A DNA stretch of 64,000 nt from Sphingomonadales bacterium (GCA_965227345.1 OZ245755.1:769084-833083), one strand, 5' to 3'. Positions 9,825 to 19,047 are shown, numbered from the stretch's first letter. The notes: generated from the letters alone by a model not told the origin. Program-made: numbers and translations.

Positions 9825-11246
9825 CTACATGACGGGAGGCGCAATCCCGCTGAGAGCCAGTTGAGCGTTCAGCGCCTTTTTCAATCTCGCAAGGCCACTC
9901 TCGTCACGCGCCTCGCATCGGGCGACCAGCACATCCTGGGTGTTTGAGGCACGCAATAACCACCAGCCATCTTCCGTCGTTACCCGCACGCCATCTGTAT
10001 CGTCGACTTCAGCTCCCAGCACACTCAGCCGTTGTTTAACTTCAGGCAAGATGCTGAACTTGCGCTCTTCCCGGCACGGAAAACGCAACTCGGGCGTATT
10101 GACCACCTGCGGCAGACCATCCCTTAACCCGCTTAATCCGCCCTCAAACCTGCTGACAACCATCAGTAACCGCAAGGCCGCATATACGGCGTCATCAAAA
10201 CCGTAATACCGGTGCTTAAAGAAAATATGGCCGCTCATTTCACCTGCCAGAGGCGCGTTTTCTTCAACCATCTTGGACTTGATAAGTGAATGGCCGGTCT
10301 TCCACATGAGCGGCTTGCCGCCAAGTTCAGCAATTCGCTCAAACAAAACCTTGCTCGCCTTTACATCGGCGATAATTGTCGATCCCGGCAGCGCTTCCAA
10401 AACATCCTGTGCCAGAATAGCGAGTAGCTGATCGCCCCATACAACACGCCCCTGGGCATCAACAGCGCCGATACGGTCGCCGTCCCCGTCAAATGCCAGC
10501 CCCAGATCCAGACCTTCCGCTTTCACCAGCGCCTGCAATTGCACAAGGTTTTCTTCCACAGTCGGGTCCGGATGATGTGCCGGGAACGTGCCATCAATAT
10601 CGCCATTGATCACCGCATGCCGACCAGGGAGGCGCTTGACCAGTTCTGTTACAACATCACCTGCCGCGCCATTGCCCGGGTCCCAGGCAACATTAAGCGG
10701 AGGGCCTGCATAATGCCCCTCATCAATGTCCTTCATCAATCGCGCCATATAGGCGTCAAACATGGGGCGATCCGAAACGTCGCCCGCTCCCTGCCTGAAT
10801 TTTCCGGAAGCCGCTATTTTCCCAAGAGTTTGAATCCGGTCCCCGAAACAGGCATCCTTGCCGATCATCATCTTGAAACCGTTATAATCCGGTGGGTTAT
10901 GCGAGCCGGTGATCATGATTCCACCATCCGCATCCAATTCGAAAACCGAATAGTAAAGCATTGGGGTCGGCCCCAGCCCTGTCCTCACAACATCAACACC
11001 GGCAGCTGTCAATCCGCTGATCAGCGCGTCCTCCATCATTGGAGAACTGAGACGACCGTCATATCCCACACAAATGAGAGGTCGGCGCTTCCCCCGCGTT
11101 TGCGAAAGGACCATCGTGCCAAATGCACGCCCTAAAGCAACGGCATCCGGTTTGTCCAGTGTGTCGCCAATGATCCCGCGGACATCATATTCACGCAAAA
11201 CCGTCGGATGAAATTCGTGTGCATCGACACTTACGGGATTGCTCAT
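9825..11246 (-). CDS. Phosphomannomutase / phosphoglucomutase (alpha-D-phosphohexomutase family)
   Basis: It has the active-site loop TGSHNPPDYNGFK, the Mg site DGDGDR, and the typical N-terminus FREYDVRGI. The start was moved to ATG 11246 (MSNPVSV...). Confidence 0.9.
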   Translation of the reverse strand: MSNPVSVDAHEFHPTVLREYDVRGIIGDTLDKPDAVALGRAFGTMVLSQTRGKRRPLICVGYDGRLSSPMMEDALISGLTAAGVDVVRTGLGPTPMLYYSVFELDADGGIMITGSHNPPDYNGFKMMIGKDACFGDRIQTLGKIAASGKFRQGAGDVSDRPMFDAYMARLMKDIDEGHYAGPPLNVAWDPGNGAAGDVVTELVKRLPGRHAVINGDIDGTFPAHHPDPTVEENLVQLQALVKAEGLDLGLAFDGDGDRIGAVDAQGRVVWGDQLLAILAQDVLEALPGSTIIADVKASKVLFERIAELGGKPLMWKTGHSLIKSKMVEENAPLAGEMSGHIFFKHRYYGFDDAVYAALRLLMVVSRFEGGLSGLRDGLPQVVNTPELRFPCREERKFSILPEVKQRLSVLGAEVDDTDGVRVTTEDGWWLLRASNTQDVLVARCEARDESGLARLKKALNAQLALSGIAPPVM

Positions 11247-11324
11247 ACAAAACTGACCTTCAATTACAACCGGGCACAAGTGACAGGTTCGCTGGACTTA
11301 TTATCTAACAGTTCAATTAACAAA

Positions 11325-11762
11325 TTATTGTTTCAACAGAAAGTCTTTTGCCTGATTGATCTTCATCGCCAGGTAATCCGAGCCCCCGTGATCAGGATGA
11401 ATTTTAGTCATCAGACGCCGATGGGCAGCCTTTATTTCATCCGGTCCTGCGCCGGGCTTCAGTCCCAGTATTTCATGTGCCTCTGCCGTTGTCATCCGGC
11501 TATCGGATTTGGCGCGCCCCTGACCGCCCCGGCCGCGTGGCTGGCCGATCCAGCCCCGAAAAAGCGCCAGAGCCGCCAGCCCCAACGGACCACCCAGAAC
11601 AATTTTGCCTGTAAGCACCATGACAACGGCAGCCAATGCCAGAAGCCCGCCGCCTATATACTTTACAATCCACGCCAGTGTTTTGGGGTTCGCCCGGGTA
11701 AACCAGTTCATCCCCCCCAACAACAGGACAAGCAAACCGATACCCAGGGCCAACCAAATCAT
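11325..11762 (-). CDS. Membrane-anchored J-domain protein (Tim14/Pam18/DNAJC19-like)
   Basis: It has two predicted N-terminal TM helices, a Gly/Arg linker, and a C-terminal J domain with HPD (AHRRLMTKIHPDHGGSDYLAMKINQAKDFL). The start was moved to ATG 11762 to clear the mipZ stop. Confidence 0.8.
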   Translation of the reverse strand: MIWLALGIGLLVLLLGGMNWFTRANPKTLAWIVKYIGGGLLALAAVVMVLTGKIVLGGPLGLAALALFRGWIGQPRGRGGQGRAKSDSRMTTAEAHEILGLKPGAGPDEIKAAHRRLMTKIHPDHGGSDYLAMKINQAKDFLLKQ

Positions 11763-11812
11763 AACGTCTTGTTTTCCTGTCTTTTCCTGTGCGACATTCA
11801 GGCCACAGACAC

Positions 11813-12652
11813 TCAGGCCACGGCCTGCTGATTCCAATGCGGCAGCTGCAGAGCCTCCATCAACCGGCGCAATTCCTGACGCGCCGCAACATGGCTCATG
11901 GTCATATCTTCATCAATCTGCGGGTCGCCAAAATCCAGAAGCGTCAGGCCTCGCAAGAACAGTTCGCGATAGATCACCCGCTCTCCCAACCCGTCCAGCA
12001 TTCTAAAACCGATACGCTTTTCCAGCTGCAGCAAGGCATCATGAACACGGCGCTTGTTATGGGCGTCAAGGCTGGACATGCGATTTCGCATAACAACCCA
12101 ATCAATAGTCTGACGTTTTTCCATCGCACGGTGTTTCCGGCTGTCCCAAACCAGCTCAGCGTAGAAACTGGGCTTGGTCACCTTGTTTGTTTCAAAATCA
12201 ACGCGCCCCAGAAGATCAAGATCAACAAAGCTGTCGTTCATGGGCGTCACAAGAGTATCAGCCTGCGCATGGGCAATGCGCGACAGATAACTGTCGCTCC
12301 CCGGACAATCAATAACCACAAAATCATTCAGGTGGCACATATCATCCAGCGACTGCGTGAACCTCTCACGTTCGTCCTTTTGCTGATCTTCCACCACCAG
12401 CAGCTTTGATCGCGGCACGATATGGTGACTGGACATTGGCAGGGTAATACCTTTTTCTTCCGTGTACAGACGCCGGTTCTCAATATAGCGGCTTAAGGTT
12501 GCCTGACGCGCATCCAGATCAATACTGCCGACTTCAAAATTATTACGGAGAAGGCTTATGATGATGTGCATGGCAGTCGTTGACTTCCCGGACCCGCCTT
12601 TCTCATTACCCAGCACGATGACATGCGCCCGACGGCCCGTATTTTGAGTCAT
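11813..12652 (-). CDS. mipZ: Division-plane positioning ParA-like ATPase MipZ
   Basis: 279 aa with the deviant Walker A VLGNEKGGSGKST. Blocks DLDARQ...ENRR, TPMNDSFVDLDLLG, DWVVMRNR and RVIYRELF follow Caulobacter MipZ as I recall it. Confidence 0.85.
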   Translation of the reverse strand: MTQNTGRRAHVIVLGNEKGGSGKSTTAMHIIISLLRNNFEVGSIDLDARQATLSRYIENRRLYTEEKGITLPMSSHHIVPRSKLLVVEDQQKDERERFTQSLDDMCHLNDFVVIDCPGSDSYLSRIAHAQADTLVTPMNDSFVDLDLLGRVDFETNKVTKPSFYAELVWDSRKHRAMEKRQTIDWVVMRNRMSSLDAHNKRRVHDALLQLEKRIGFRMLDGLGERVIYRELFLRGLTLLDFGDPQIDEDMTMSHVAARQELRRLMEALQLPHWNQQAVA

Positions 12653-12948
12653 TTTTTACTCACTCCTTACCCATTCCCATGCCCGCCAAAACATCTTCTG
12701 GCATCGCATATTGCAACACTACCCAAGCGATCCAACGCTTGCTTCTACACGATCGCATTCTAACGCAAAAACACAATAAGTGGAGAAATTTGATGTATGA
12801 ACCCCAATTTATAGTATATTGTGGCACAATTATCATTATATATTCTGACCTCGGATCAGGGAAAACGGACAGACAAACAAGATAAAGCGCAGGAAAGTGC
12901 AGGGGGAATGGGGACGAGCATGTTGAAAGCAACAACGATAGCTGACAG

Positions 12949-13977
12949 ATGATGGCCGGGACATGGCGGATACGTTATTGGCCCGCGCTGGTTGTTCTCC
13001 TCGCGGGCGGCCTTGCGGGCGGTATGATTATTGATTCGTCGCTTGCCACAAAGGCATCCGGTTCCATGCCTTTATCTCACCTTCAGGACGAGCTTGCCTT
13101 TCAGGTTAGCTCACCCGACCCTGCGATGCTCAACGCTTATTGGTCAGAACCTTTGGGATATCGACTCGTCGATGTTCGAAACGGACTGGCACAGGTTCCG
13201 CGCATGTATCTGGTGGATATTCCCCGCGAACTTACCGACCTGCCACATGGAAAGGCCCGAAAAGAATTATTTTTCTCGAGCCTGCTGCCGCTGATCCTGC
13301 AGGTAAACGAATTTATTCAGGCGGATCATCAACGAATTGCAGACCTTCAGCAAAAGCATCGTCTGGGACTGGAACTCTACCCCCGGGACATTGAGTGGCT
13401 GGCCCGCCTCTCCCGGGAATACCGCGTACCCTTCTCAAAAGAGAAGGTTATAAACGATTTGTTTTTCAATCGATTACTGAAAAAAGTTGATATCATACCT
13501 CCATCTCTGGCCATGGCTCAGGCTGCCCTCGAAAGCGGCTGGGGAACATCTCGCTTTGCGCAATTGGGCAATGCCTTGTTTGGAGAGCGCATCTGGGCAA
13601 GCAATCGCGGCATGGTCCCGCTGGAGCGCGGCGACGGCGAAAATCATGAGATCCGGACGTTCGGATATATGATGGAAGCCGTCTATGGTTACAGTCTCAA
13701 CCTCAACAGGCACTATGCCTATCGCGACTTTCGCAAGCTGCGAGCGGCCCTTAAAACTTCAGATATCCCGATTTCCGGAAAAATTCTGGCCCCCGCACTG
13801 GGGCATTATTCAGAGCTGGGGGACCTTTACACTCAAAAAATTATTTCTGTCATCCGCGGGAACCGGCTGGAGGATTTTGATCGTGCCCAGCTGGAGTTCA
13901 GCCCTTTTGCCCCCTTCCCCCGTCTGCCCCAACAACGACCAACACCACAAACCACGACACGCGTAGCCTTGCGATAA
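12949..13977 (+). CDS. Glucosaminidase-domain protein (Bax / FlgJ C-terminal-like) with an N-terminal membrane anchor
   Basis: The segment LAMAQAALESGWGTSRFAQLGNALFG is the conserved mannosyl-glycoprotein endo-beta-N-acetylglucosaminidase core. An N-terminal TM helix is present. Confidence 0.75.
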   Translation: MMAGTWRIRYWPALVVLLAGGLAGGMIIDSSLATKASGSMPLSHLQDELAFQVSSPDPAMLNAYWSEPLGYRLVDVRNGLAQVPRMYLVDIPRELTDLPHGKARKELFFSSLLPLILQVNEFIQADHQRIADLQQKHRLGLELYPRDIEWLARLSREYRVPFSKEKVINDLFFNRLLKKVDIIPPSLAMAQAALESGWGTSRFAQLGNALFGERIWASNRGMVPLERGDGENHEIRTFGYMMEAVYGYSLNLNRHYAYRDFRKLRAALKTSDIPISGKILAPALGHYSELGDLYTQKIISVIRGNRLEDFDRAQLEFSPFAPFPRLPQQRPTPQTTTRVALR

Positions 13978-14062
13978 TCTCAAAAGTATCGTATGCCTCC
14001 ATCCAAAATTTTGCGATGCAATAAGCCCTGCATTGCATCATCCGAATGAGGGGAGACCGATC

Positions 14063-14965
14063 ATGGCAGATGCGCCCGCTGCAGGATCACGAGAATTAGC
14101 CATTGTCCGGACGGTCGAAGACCTTCGCAAGGCCGTTGCAAAATGGCGGGCCGATGGTTTGCGCGTAGCCTTGATCCCCACAATGGGCGCACTGCATCAC
14201 GGACACCTGTCTCTTATCCGGATTGCTCAAGCCCACGTTGACAGGGTGGTTGTCAGTATTTTTGTCAACCCGAAGCAATTTGGCCCGAACGAAGATTATA
14301 CCCGCTATCCACGCCAGGAGGCCGAAGACGCGGCAAAGTTGCGCGAAGTTAATACAGACTTGTTGTATGCGCCCCCGGTTGAAGTAATGTACCCTGAGGG
14401 GTTTTCCAGCCTGGTTGCTGTCAGTGGCGTCACGGAAGGCCTGTGCGGCGCAGCGCGGCCTGGCCACTTCGACGGGGTTACAACCGTTGTGACCAAACTG
14501 TTATTGCAATGTCTGCCGGATATTGCGGTATTTGGGGAAAAGGACTACCAGCAATTTCTGGCACTTTCGAAGCTGTGCAAGGACCTTGACCTTCCAACCC
14601 GCATTCTGCCCGGACCCATTATTCGCGAACCCGACGGACTGGCGACCTCGTCACGCAATGCCTACCTGACGGTCGAGGAGCGTGAAATCGCTGTCAATAT
14701 GTCGCGGGAACTGCGCCACGTCGTCACAGAAATTGGCAACGGATCCGATGACTTTTCCGGTCTGTTAAAGGCTGCGGCCGACAACCTTCTGAAAGCCGGG
14801 TTCGACAGCGTTGAATATTTGGAAATTCGGGATGCTGAAACGCTTGTCCCGATAACGCAGATCACGCGGCCGGCCCGGGTTCTTGCCGCCGCAAGGCTGG
14901 GCAAAACCCGATTGATCGACAATATGCCGGTCGCACGTCCTCCCTTCAGCCCGCCACCACTTTAG
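14063..14965 (+). CDS. panC: Pantoate--beta-alanine ligase
   Basis: It has PTMGALHHGHLSL (HIGH-like motif), VSIFVNPKQF and LATSSRN. The start was set at ATG 14063, which follows the GAGGGGA Shine-Dalgarno motif. Confidence 0.93.
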   Translation: MADAPAAGSRELAIVRTVEDLRKAVAKWRADGLRVALIPTMGALHHGHLSLIRIAQAHVDRVVVSIFVNPKQFGPNEDYTRYPRQEAEDAAKLREVNTDLLYAPPVEVMYPEGFSSLVAVSGVTEGLCGAARPGHFDGVTTVVTKLLLQCLPDIAVFGEKDYQQFLALSKLCKDLDLPTRILPGPIIREPDGLATSSRNAYLTVEEREIAVNMSRELRHVVTEIGNGSDDFSGLLKAAADNLLKAGFDSVEYLEIRDAETLVPITQITRPARVLAAARLGKTRLIDNMPVARPPFSPPPL

Positions 14966-14976
14966 GCCCGTCAGGT

Positions 14977-15774
14977 TCACCGTGCACGGCGAACAATCTC
15001 GCGACCACGAGACTGGCCGGCAAGGAAATCTTCTTCCCTCGACAGGGTATTGTAGCTTGAATAAAGTGCCCGGATTTTCAATTCCCATTTCGGGTCAAGT
15101 TCCACCAGAGCAGCTTCCAGATAATCAGGATATCTAAGCGTCATGGACAGGTTGTCAGCCGTCAATTCCTCGATCATGCCGGAAAGATAGCCAATCAGGG
15201 CCAGGGGCATATCGCCATCCGCCGCTGCATATTCCGCGCTTTCAAGCGCAACGCCCATAATTTTTTCATGAATGAATTTTTTATCAATGCCGCGGATCGC
15301 CTGCAATTCCGCAATGGGTGTCTGCCCCACACAATCAGAATCATTCAGACGGCTTTCAATAATTGACAGGGCCAGCTTGCGCGGAATGTCCGGCAAGCCA
15401 TGCAGGGCAGCATGCAGCCAAAAATCAATCCGCTCACGCAGAATTGAAATATCTTTTCCCTTGGCAAGGAAATCGTCTCCGCCCGCATTCAAACCGTCCC
15501 GAACGGTTTTCAATCCGTCATTGGCTGTCAAAAAAAGAATCGGCATCCTTTTCTCATTTGCCAGACAGAGCTTCTCACAAAATTCAAACCCGCTCATTCC
15601 CGGCATCATGATATCTGTAATAACAAGTTCGGGCCGCAGGGTGTGAACCGTGTCAATGCCTTCGGCACCACTGGACGCCATGGTAACGTTATATCCCGCT
15701 GCCTTGAGCGCCCTGCGATAGAACGTGTTGACGACAGGTTCATCATCAATCATCAGAATGGCGCTTCGAATCAT
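14977..15774 (-). CDS. Response regulator: receiver domain plus an unrecognised ~140-aa C-terminal domain
   Basis: The REC signature is ILMIDDEP...ELVITDIMMPGMSGFEF...PILFLTA. I do not recognise the C-terminal half. It starts 25 nt after the mgtE stop, with a GAGG Shine-Dalgarno motif. Confidence 0.85.
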   Translation of the reverse strand: MIRSAILMIDDEPVVNTFYRRALKAAGYNVTMASSGAEGIDTVHTLRPELVITDIMMPGMSGFEFCEKLCLANEKRMPILFLTANDGLKTVRDGLNAGGDDFLAKGKDISILRERIDFWLHAALHGLPDIPRKLALSIIESRLNDSDCVGQTPIAELQAIRGIDKKFIHEKIMGVALESAEYAAADGDMPLALIGYLSGMIEELTADNLSMTLRYPDYLEAALVELDPKWELKIRALYSSYNTLSREEDFLAGQSRGREIVRRAR

Positions 15775-15799
15775 TGTCGCTACCTCGTTATCAAACCCG

Positions 15800-17215
15800 T
15801 TATATTAACCAGACCGCTGCCAGCCCCAAGAAGGCAAAAAACCCAACCACATCCGTAATCGTGGTCACAAAAACACTGCTTGCCACAGCCGGATCAATAT
15901 TTGCCCGATCCAGACCAAGCGGGATCAGAATGCCGGCAAGTCCCGCAACTACCATGTTGATGATCATCGCCACGGCCAGAACCAGTCCCAGCATGGGACT
16001 TTCGAACCACCATGCCGATGCAACCCCGATTAATATTGCAAGCAGAATACCATTGATCGTACTGATCGCCAGTTCCTTGTTCACAATCCGAAACGCGTTC
16101 GATGCAGACAGCTCGCGCGTGGCCAGGCCGCGCACCGCAACCGTCATGGTCTGCGTGCCGGCATTCCCCCCCATTGACGCGACAATAGGCATCAGCACAG
16201 CCAGAGCAACCAGCTGTTCAATTGTCGCCTCGAACATTGAGATGATGACCGATGCCAGAATGGCGGTGCCCAGATTAACCAGAAGCCACGTAAAGCGCGT
16301 CCGCGCAATTTCGCGCAAGGATTCGTTCAGGTCGCCATCGGACACACCACCCAGACGCAGGATATCTTCCGCAGCTTCTTCATGGATAACATCAACCACG
16401 TCATCGATGGTAATCACACCGACAAGCCGCCCTTCCGTATCCACAACTGCCGCGGACAGCAAATCATATTGCTGGAACAGATACGCCACTTCTTCCTGAT
16501 CCATATCGACAGGGATCAGCTTCTGCTCCACCTCCATAACTTCCTCCACTACCATATGGCGTTTGGAGCGTAGCATTCTGGCAAGGGGTATGGTGCCTAT
16601 AGGATGGTGCCGGGGATCGACAACAAATATTTCGTGAAACTCGTCGGGCAAATCTTCTTCTTCGCGCAGATAATCAATCGTCTGGCCCACTGTCCAGAAA
16701 ATCGGCACAGAAACCATCTGGCGCCGCATCAATCGACCGGCGGTTTCATCCTCGTAGGCAAGGCCTTCTTCCAGCGCGGCCCGGTCTTCAGGCGCAATTG
16801 CGTCCAGCACTTCGCGCTGGGCCTCTTTATCCAGATCCTCCAGCACATAAACCGCATCATCGGTTTCAAGCTGTGACACCGCTTCTGCAAGCAGCTCAGG
16901 ATGCAGAACCGAAATCACATCTTCCTTGACGATTTCATCAAGTTCGCTCAATACGTCTGCAAGGACTTCGCTTTCCAGCGTCCGCGCCAGGGCAAGCCGC
17001 TCTTCACCCTGCAAAAGCTCAAGCAAATCGGCCAGATCGGCCGCATGCAGGGGATCAATGAGATCATGCAGCTTGCGGGACTTCCCTTTTTCAAGGGCCT
17101 TGCGCACATCTGCCATGTAATCCGGATGGAAGCGATAGGCATCACCGGGATTTTCTGCAGGCCGCACGTCGGCGTCACTTGCCACGTTGGGTTCATCGTC
17201 CGGCGCTGTCATCAT
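15800..17215 (-). CDS. mgtE: Magnesium transporter MgtE
   Basis: It has an N-domain, tandem CBS region and a C-terminal 5-TM channel with the IVASMGGNAGTQ motif. The start was moved to ATG 17215 (MMTAPDDE...). Confidence 0.92.
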   Translation of the reverse strand: MMTAPDDEPNVASDADVRPAENPGDAYRFHPDYMADVRKALEKGKSRKLHDLIDPLHAADLADLLELLQGEERLALARTLESEVLADVLSELDEIVKEDVISVLHPELLAEAVSQLETDDAVYVLEDLDKEAQREVLDAIAPEDRAALEEGLAYEDETAGRLMRRQMVSVPIFWTVGQTIDYLREEEDLPDEFHEIFVVDPRHHPIGTIPLARMLRSKRHMVVEEVMEVEQKLIPVDMDQEEVAYLFQQYDLLSAAVVDTEGRLVGVITIDDVVDVIHEEAAEDILRLGGVSDGDLNESLREIARTRFTWLLVNLGTAILASVIISMFEATIEQLVALAVLMPIVASMGGNAGTQTMTVAVRGLATRELSASNAFRIVNKELAISTINGILLAILIGVASAWWFESPMLGLVLAVAMIINMVVAGLAGILIPLGLDRANIDPAVASSVFVTTITDVVGFFAFLGLAAVWLI

Positions 17216-17304
17216 GATGCTCCATTTAAATCTGATTTGGGTATCCCCCGACGACACGCTGCCGTCAAGCCCCACATCAGTATTTTTTTGCAAAGCCCTT
17301 TGAT

Positions 17305-17340
17305 GACAAAAAAACCCGCTGTCCGAAGACAGACGGGTTT
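17305..17340 (-). terminator. Rho-independent terminator after tRNA-Leu (bidirectional architecture)
   Basis: The hairpin is cccgctgtc-cgaa-gacagacggg (one bulge), flanked by an A-run and a T-run. On the minus strand it is followed by TTTTTTTG. Confidence 0.65.
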
Positions 17341-17348
17341 TTTGTATT

Positions 17349-17435
17349 TGGTGCGGTCGAGAAGACTCGAACTTCCACGGGTTTTACCCCACAGCGACCT
17401 CAACGCTGCGCGTCTACCAATTCCGCCACGACCGC
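17349..17435 (-). tRNA. tRNA-Leu (anticodon GAG), CCA encoded
   Basis: The reverse complement folds as a class II tRNA. It has a 7-bp acceptor (gcggtcg/cgaccgc), anticodon arm cagcg-TTGAGGT-cgctg, a long variable arm and a GTTCGAGTC T-loop. Confidence 0.93.
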
Positions 17436-17566
17436 GAGGTGAGCCACGAGTTAGCAAATCCTGACACCACCCGCAAGCTCTTAATGAAATAAGAACAATC
17501 CGGGGGCAGAATTCGACCAACGCTATTCTGAAGCGTCAGGATAACCCTGTGTGAAATACAGGCCGC

Positions 17567-18322
17567 CTAAATATTGTCAGCGACGTGAATGCCGCATTCC
17601 GTTTTATCCATCCCGGCCCAGCGGCCCGCGCGCGCTGATTCGCCCGGTGCCACCCGACGGGTGCAGGGCATGCAGCCGATCGACGGGAAGCCATCAGCGA
17701 CCAAAGGATGCGGTGGCAATCCCCGTTCCCTGATCCGCGCTTCAATTTCTTCAGGTGACCATGTCGCCAAAGGATTGATCTTGAACTTGCCGCCGCTTTT
17801 TTCGATTCGGGGGATATCCGCCCGCGTGCTGGACTGAAATCTTTTGCGTCCCGTAATCCAGGCGTCAAACCCCTGCATGGCGCGCGCCAGTGGCTCCACC
17901 TTGCGCAACCCGCAGCACGCGTCCGGATCCCGACTCCACAGCAACCCGTTTTTGTCCTGAGCCGCCACTTCCTCAGGGTCCGGTTCGATCGTTAAAATGT
18001 TGGTCAACTTCAACCGATCTGCAAGTAAATCCCGATAAGCCAATGTTTCACCGAAGAGTTTTTGGGTATCCAGAAAAATAACCGGAATATCCGGGGCCAC
18101 TTCCGCCACAAGATCAAGCAAGGCCACCGACTCTGCCCCGAAAGACGAAACCAGCGCTATTTTCCCCGGAAATTCCTTATGGATAATCCCGTCGAGCATG
18201 GCAAGAGTCTCGTCATCATCATATGTTGCACGTAGCCGCTCCAGTCGATCCGGCAATTTCTCTACTGCTCCAGTCGTCACGACATCTGTCTCCTCGACTC
18301 TTTTTAATTCCTGAACCGTCAT
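17567..18322 (-). CDS. cysH: Phosphoadenosine/adenosine phosphosulfate reductase (CysH; Fe-S cluster type)
   Basis: It has the C-terminal catalytic ECGIH. The Cys pairs (DACCGLRK, SIGCMPCT) are typical of the 4Fe-4S APS-reductase subgroup. ATG 18322 overlaps the upstream stop as ATGA. Confidence 0.9.
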   Translation of the reverse strand: MTVQELKRVEETDVVTTGAVEKLPDRLERLRATYDDDETLAMLDGIIHKEFPGKIALVSSFGAESVALLDLVAEVAPDIPVIFLDTQKLFGETLAYRDLLADRLKLTNILTIEPDPEEVAAQDKNGLLWSRDPDACCGLRKVEPLARAMQGFDAWITGRKRFQSSTRADIPRIEKSGGKFKINPLATWSPEEIEARIRERGLPPHPLVADGFPSIGCMPCTRRVAPGESARAGRWAGMDKTECGIHVADNI

Positions 18323-18873
18323 AACCAACCGTTCCTTTCAATCATTTCGTCGGTGCGCTGCATAACAGACTTCATATCGCACCCTTCATCTTTCCAGCGC
18401 TTGCGCGACTGCCCAATTTGCGCCAATCGCTCAGCCCATTCCGGGCCAAAAAGGTCATCAATTTTACATCGCATTCGCCGTGCCAGCCCGGGACTGACAC
18501 CATTTGTCGAAATCGCAATCGTCAAATCACCACGTCGGACGACGGACGGCGTGTAAAAATCGCACAAGGCCTTAACATCCTCGACATTGACCAGCACCCC
18601 CAGCCCGCGTGCTGTCGCAGCCAGGGCTTTGGCGTCAGGCGCGTCAGCAATAAAAACAACCATCACATCAGCCATGGCCTGTCCGTCCGGCGCATCGCCC
18701 ATCAATCGTCTGCCAGCTGCCGTAATCAATGCTGCCAAAGCATCTTTCGGCGCATATACGCGAATATCGGTAGCCCCTGCTTCTTCCAGAAGGGTCAACC
18801 GACGAAGGGCCGCCTTGCCGCTTCCAACCAGCAACACCGGGCCTTTTGATATATCAAGCATCACTGGCAGCAT
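18319..18873 (-). CDS. Stand-alone siroheme synthase N-terminal-domain protein (precorrin-2 dehydrogenase / sirohydrochlorin ferrochelatase, SirC/Met8-like)
   Basis: The Rossmann motif VLLVGSGKAALRRLTLLEEAGA and ISTNGVSPGLARRMR match the CysG N-domain. No methyltransferase domain is attached. Confidence 0.75.
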   Translation of the reverse strand: MLPVMLDISKGPVLLVGSGKAALRRLTLLEEAGATDIRVYAPKDALAALITAAGRRLMGDAPDGQAMADVMVVFIADAPDAKALAATARGLGVLVNVEDVKALCDFYTPSVVRRGDLTIAISTNGVSPGLARRMRCKIDDLFGPEWAERLAQIGQSRKRWKDEGCDMKSVMQRTDEMIERNGWL

Positions 18874-18992
18874 ATTGTGCCCCGCACAAAAACGTCTCTT
18901 GTTCACCCCTTAAGGTATGTACAATTCATAAAAAAATCAATATGTACTGTGATTTTATAAATTAAACATTTTTTTTGTGTTATTTATGGGCA

Positions 18993-19020
18993 TAAAAAAT
19001 AGCAGATTTTCACCTGCTAT
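18993..19020 (-). terminator. Rho-independent terminator of the FliN-like gene
   Basis: The hairpin atagcag-attttcac-ctgctat (18999-19020) is followed on the minus strand by TTTTTAT. Confidence 0.65.
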
Positions 19021-19047
19021 CCTCAGGAAATTCAGGAGAACACCCTG

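Noticed and set aside
9662-9844. 60-aa minus-strand ORF in the phasin upstream region
   Set aside because: It spans AT-rich promoter DNA and overlaps the end of the phosphomannomutase gene. It has no Shine-Dalgarno motif and implausible composition.
12823-12838. Sigma-54-like TGGCAC element (TGGCAC-N5-TCATT)
   Set aside because: The -12 element lacks the conserved GC (TTGC). The TGGCAC is better explained as part of the ATTGTG-G-CACAAT palindrome.
12660-12935. 91-aa minus-strand and 68-aa plus-strand ORFs filling the mipZ/glucosaminidase intergenic region
   Set aside because: The two overlap each other and sit in AT-rich divergent promoter DNA. Their translations are Cys/Phe/Leu-rich without motifs, and neither has a Shine-Dalgarno motif.
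17349-17435. tRNA-Leu as a possible genomic-island integration site
   Set aside because: I found no integrase nearby and no direct repeat of the tRNA 3' end. The flanking genes (mgtE, cysH) are ordinary core genes.
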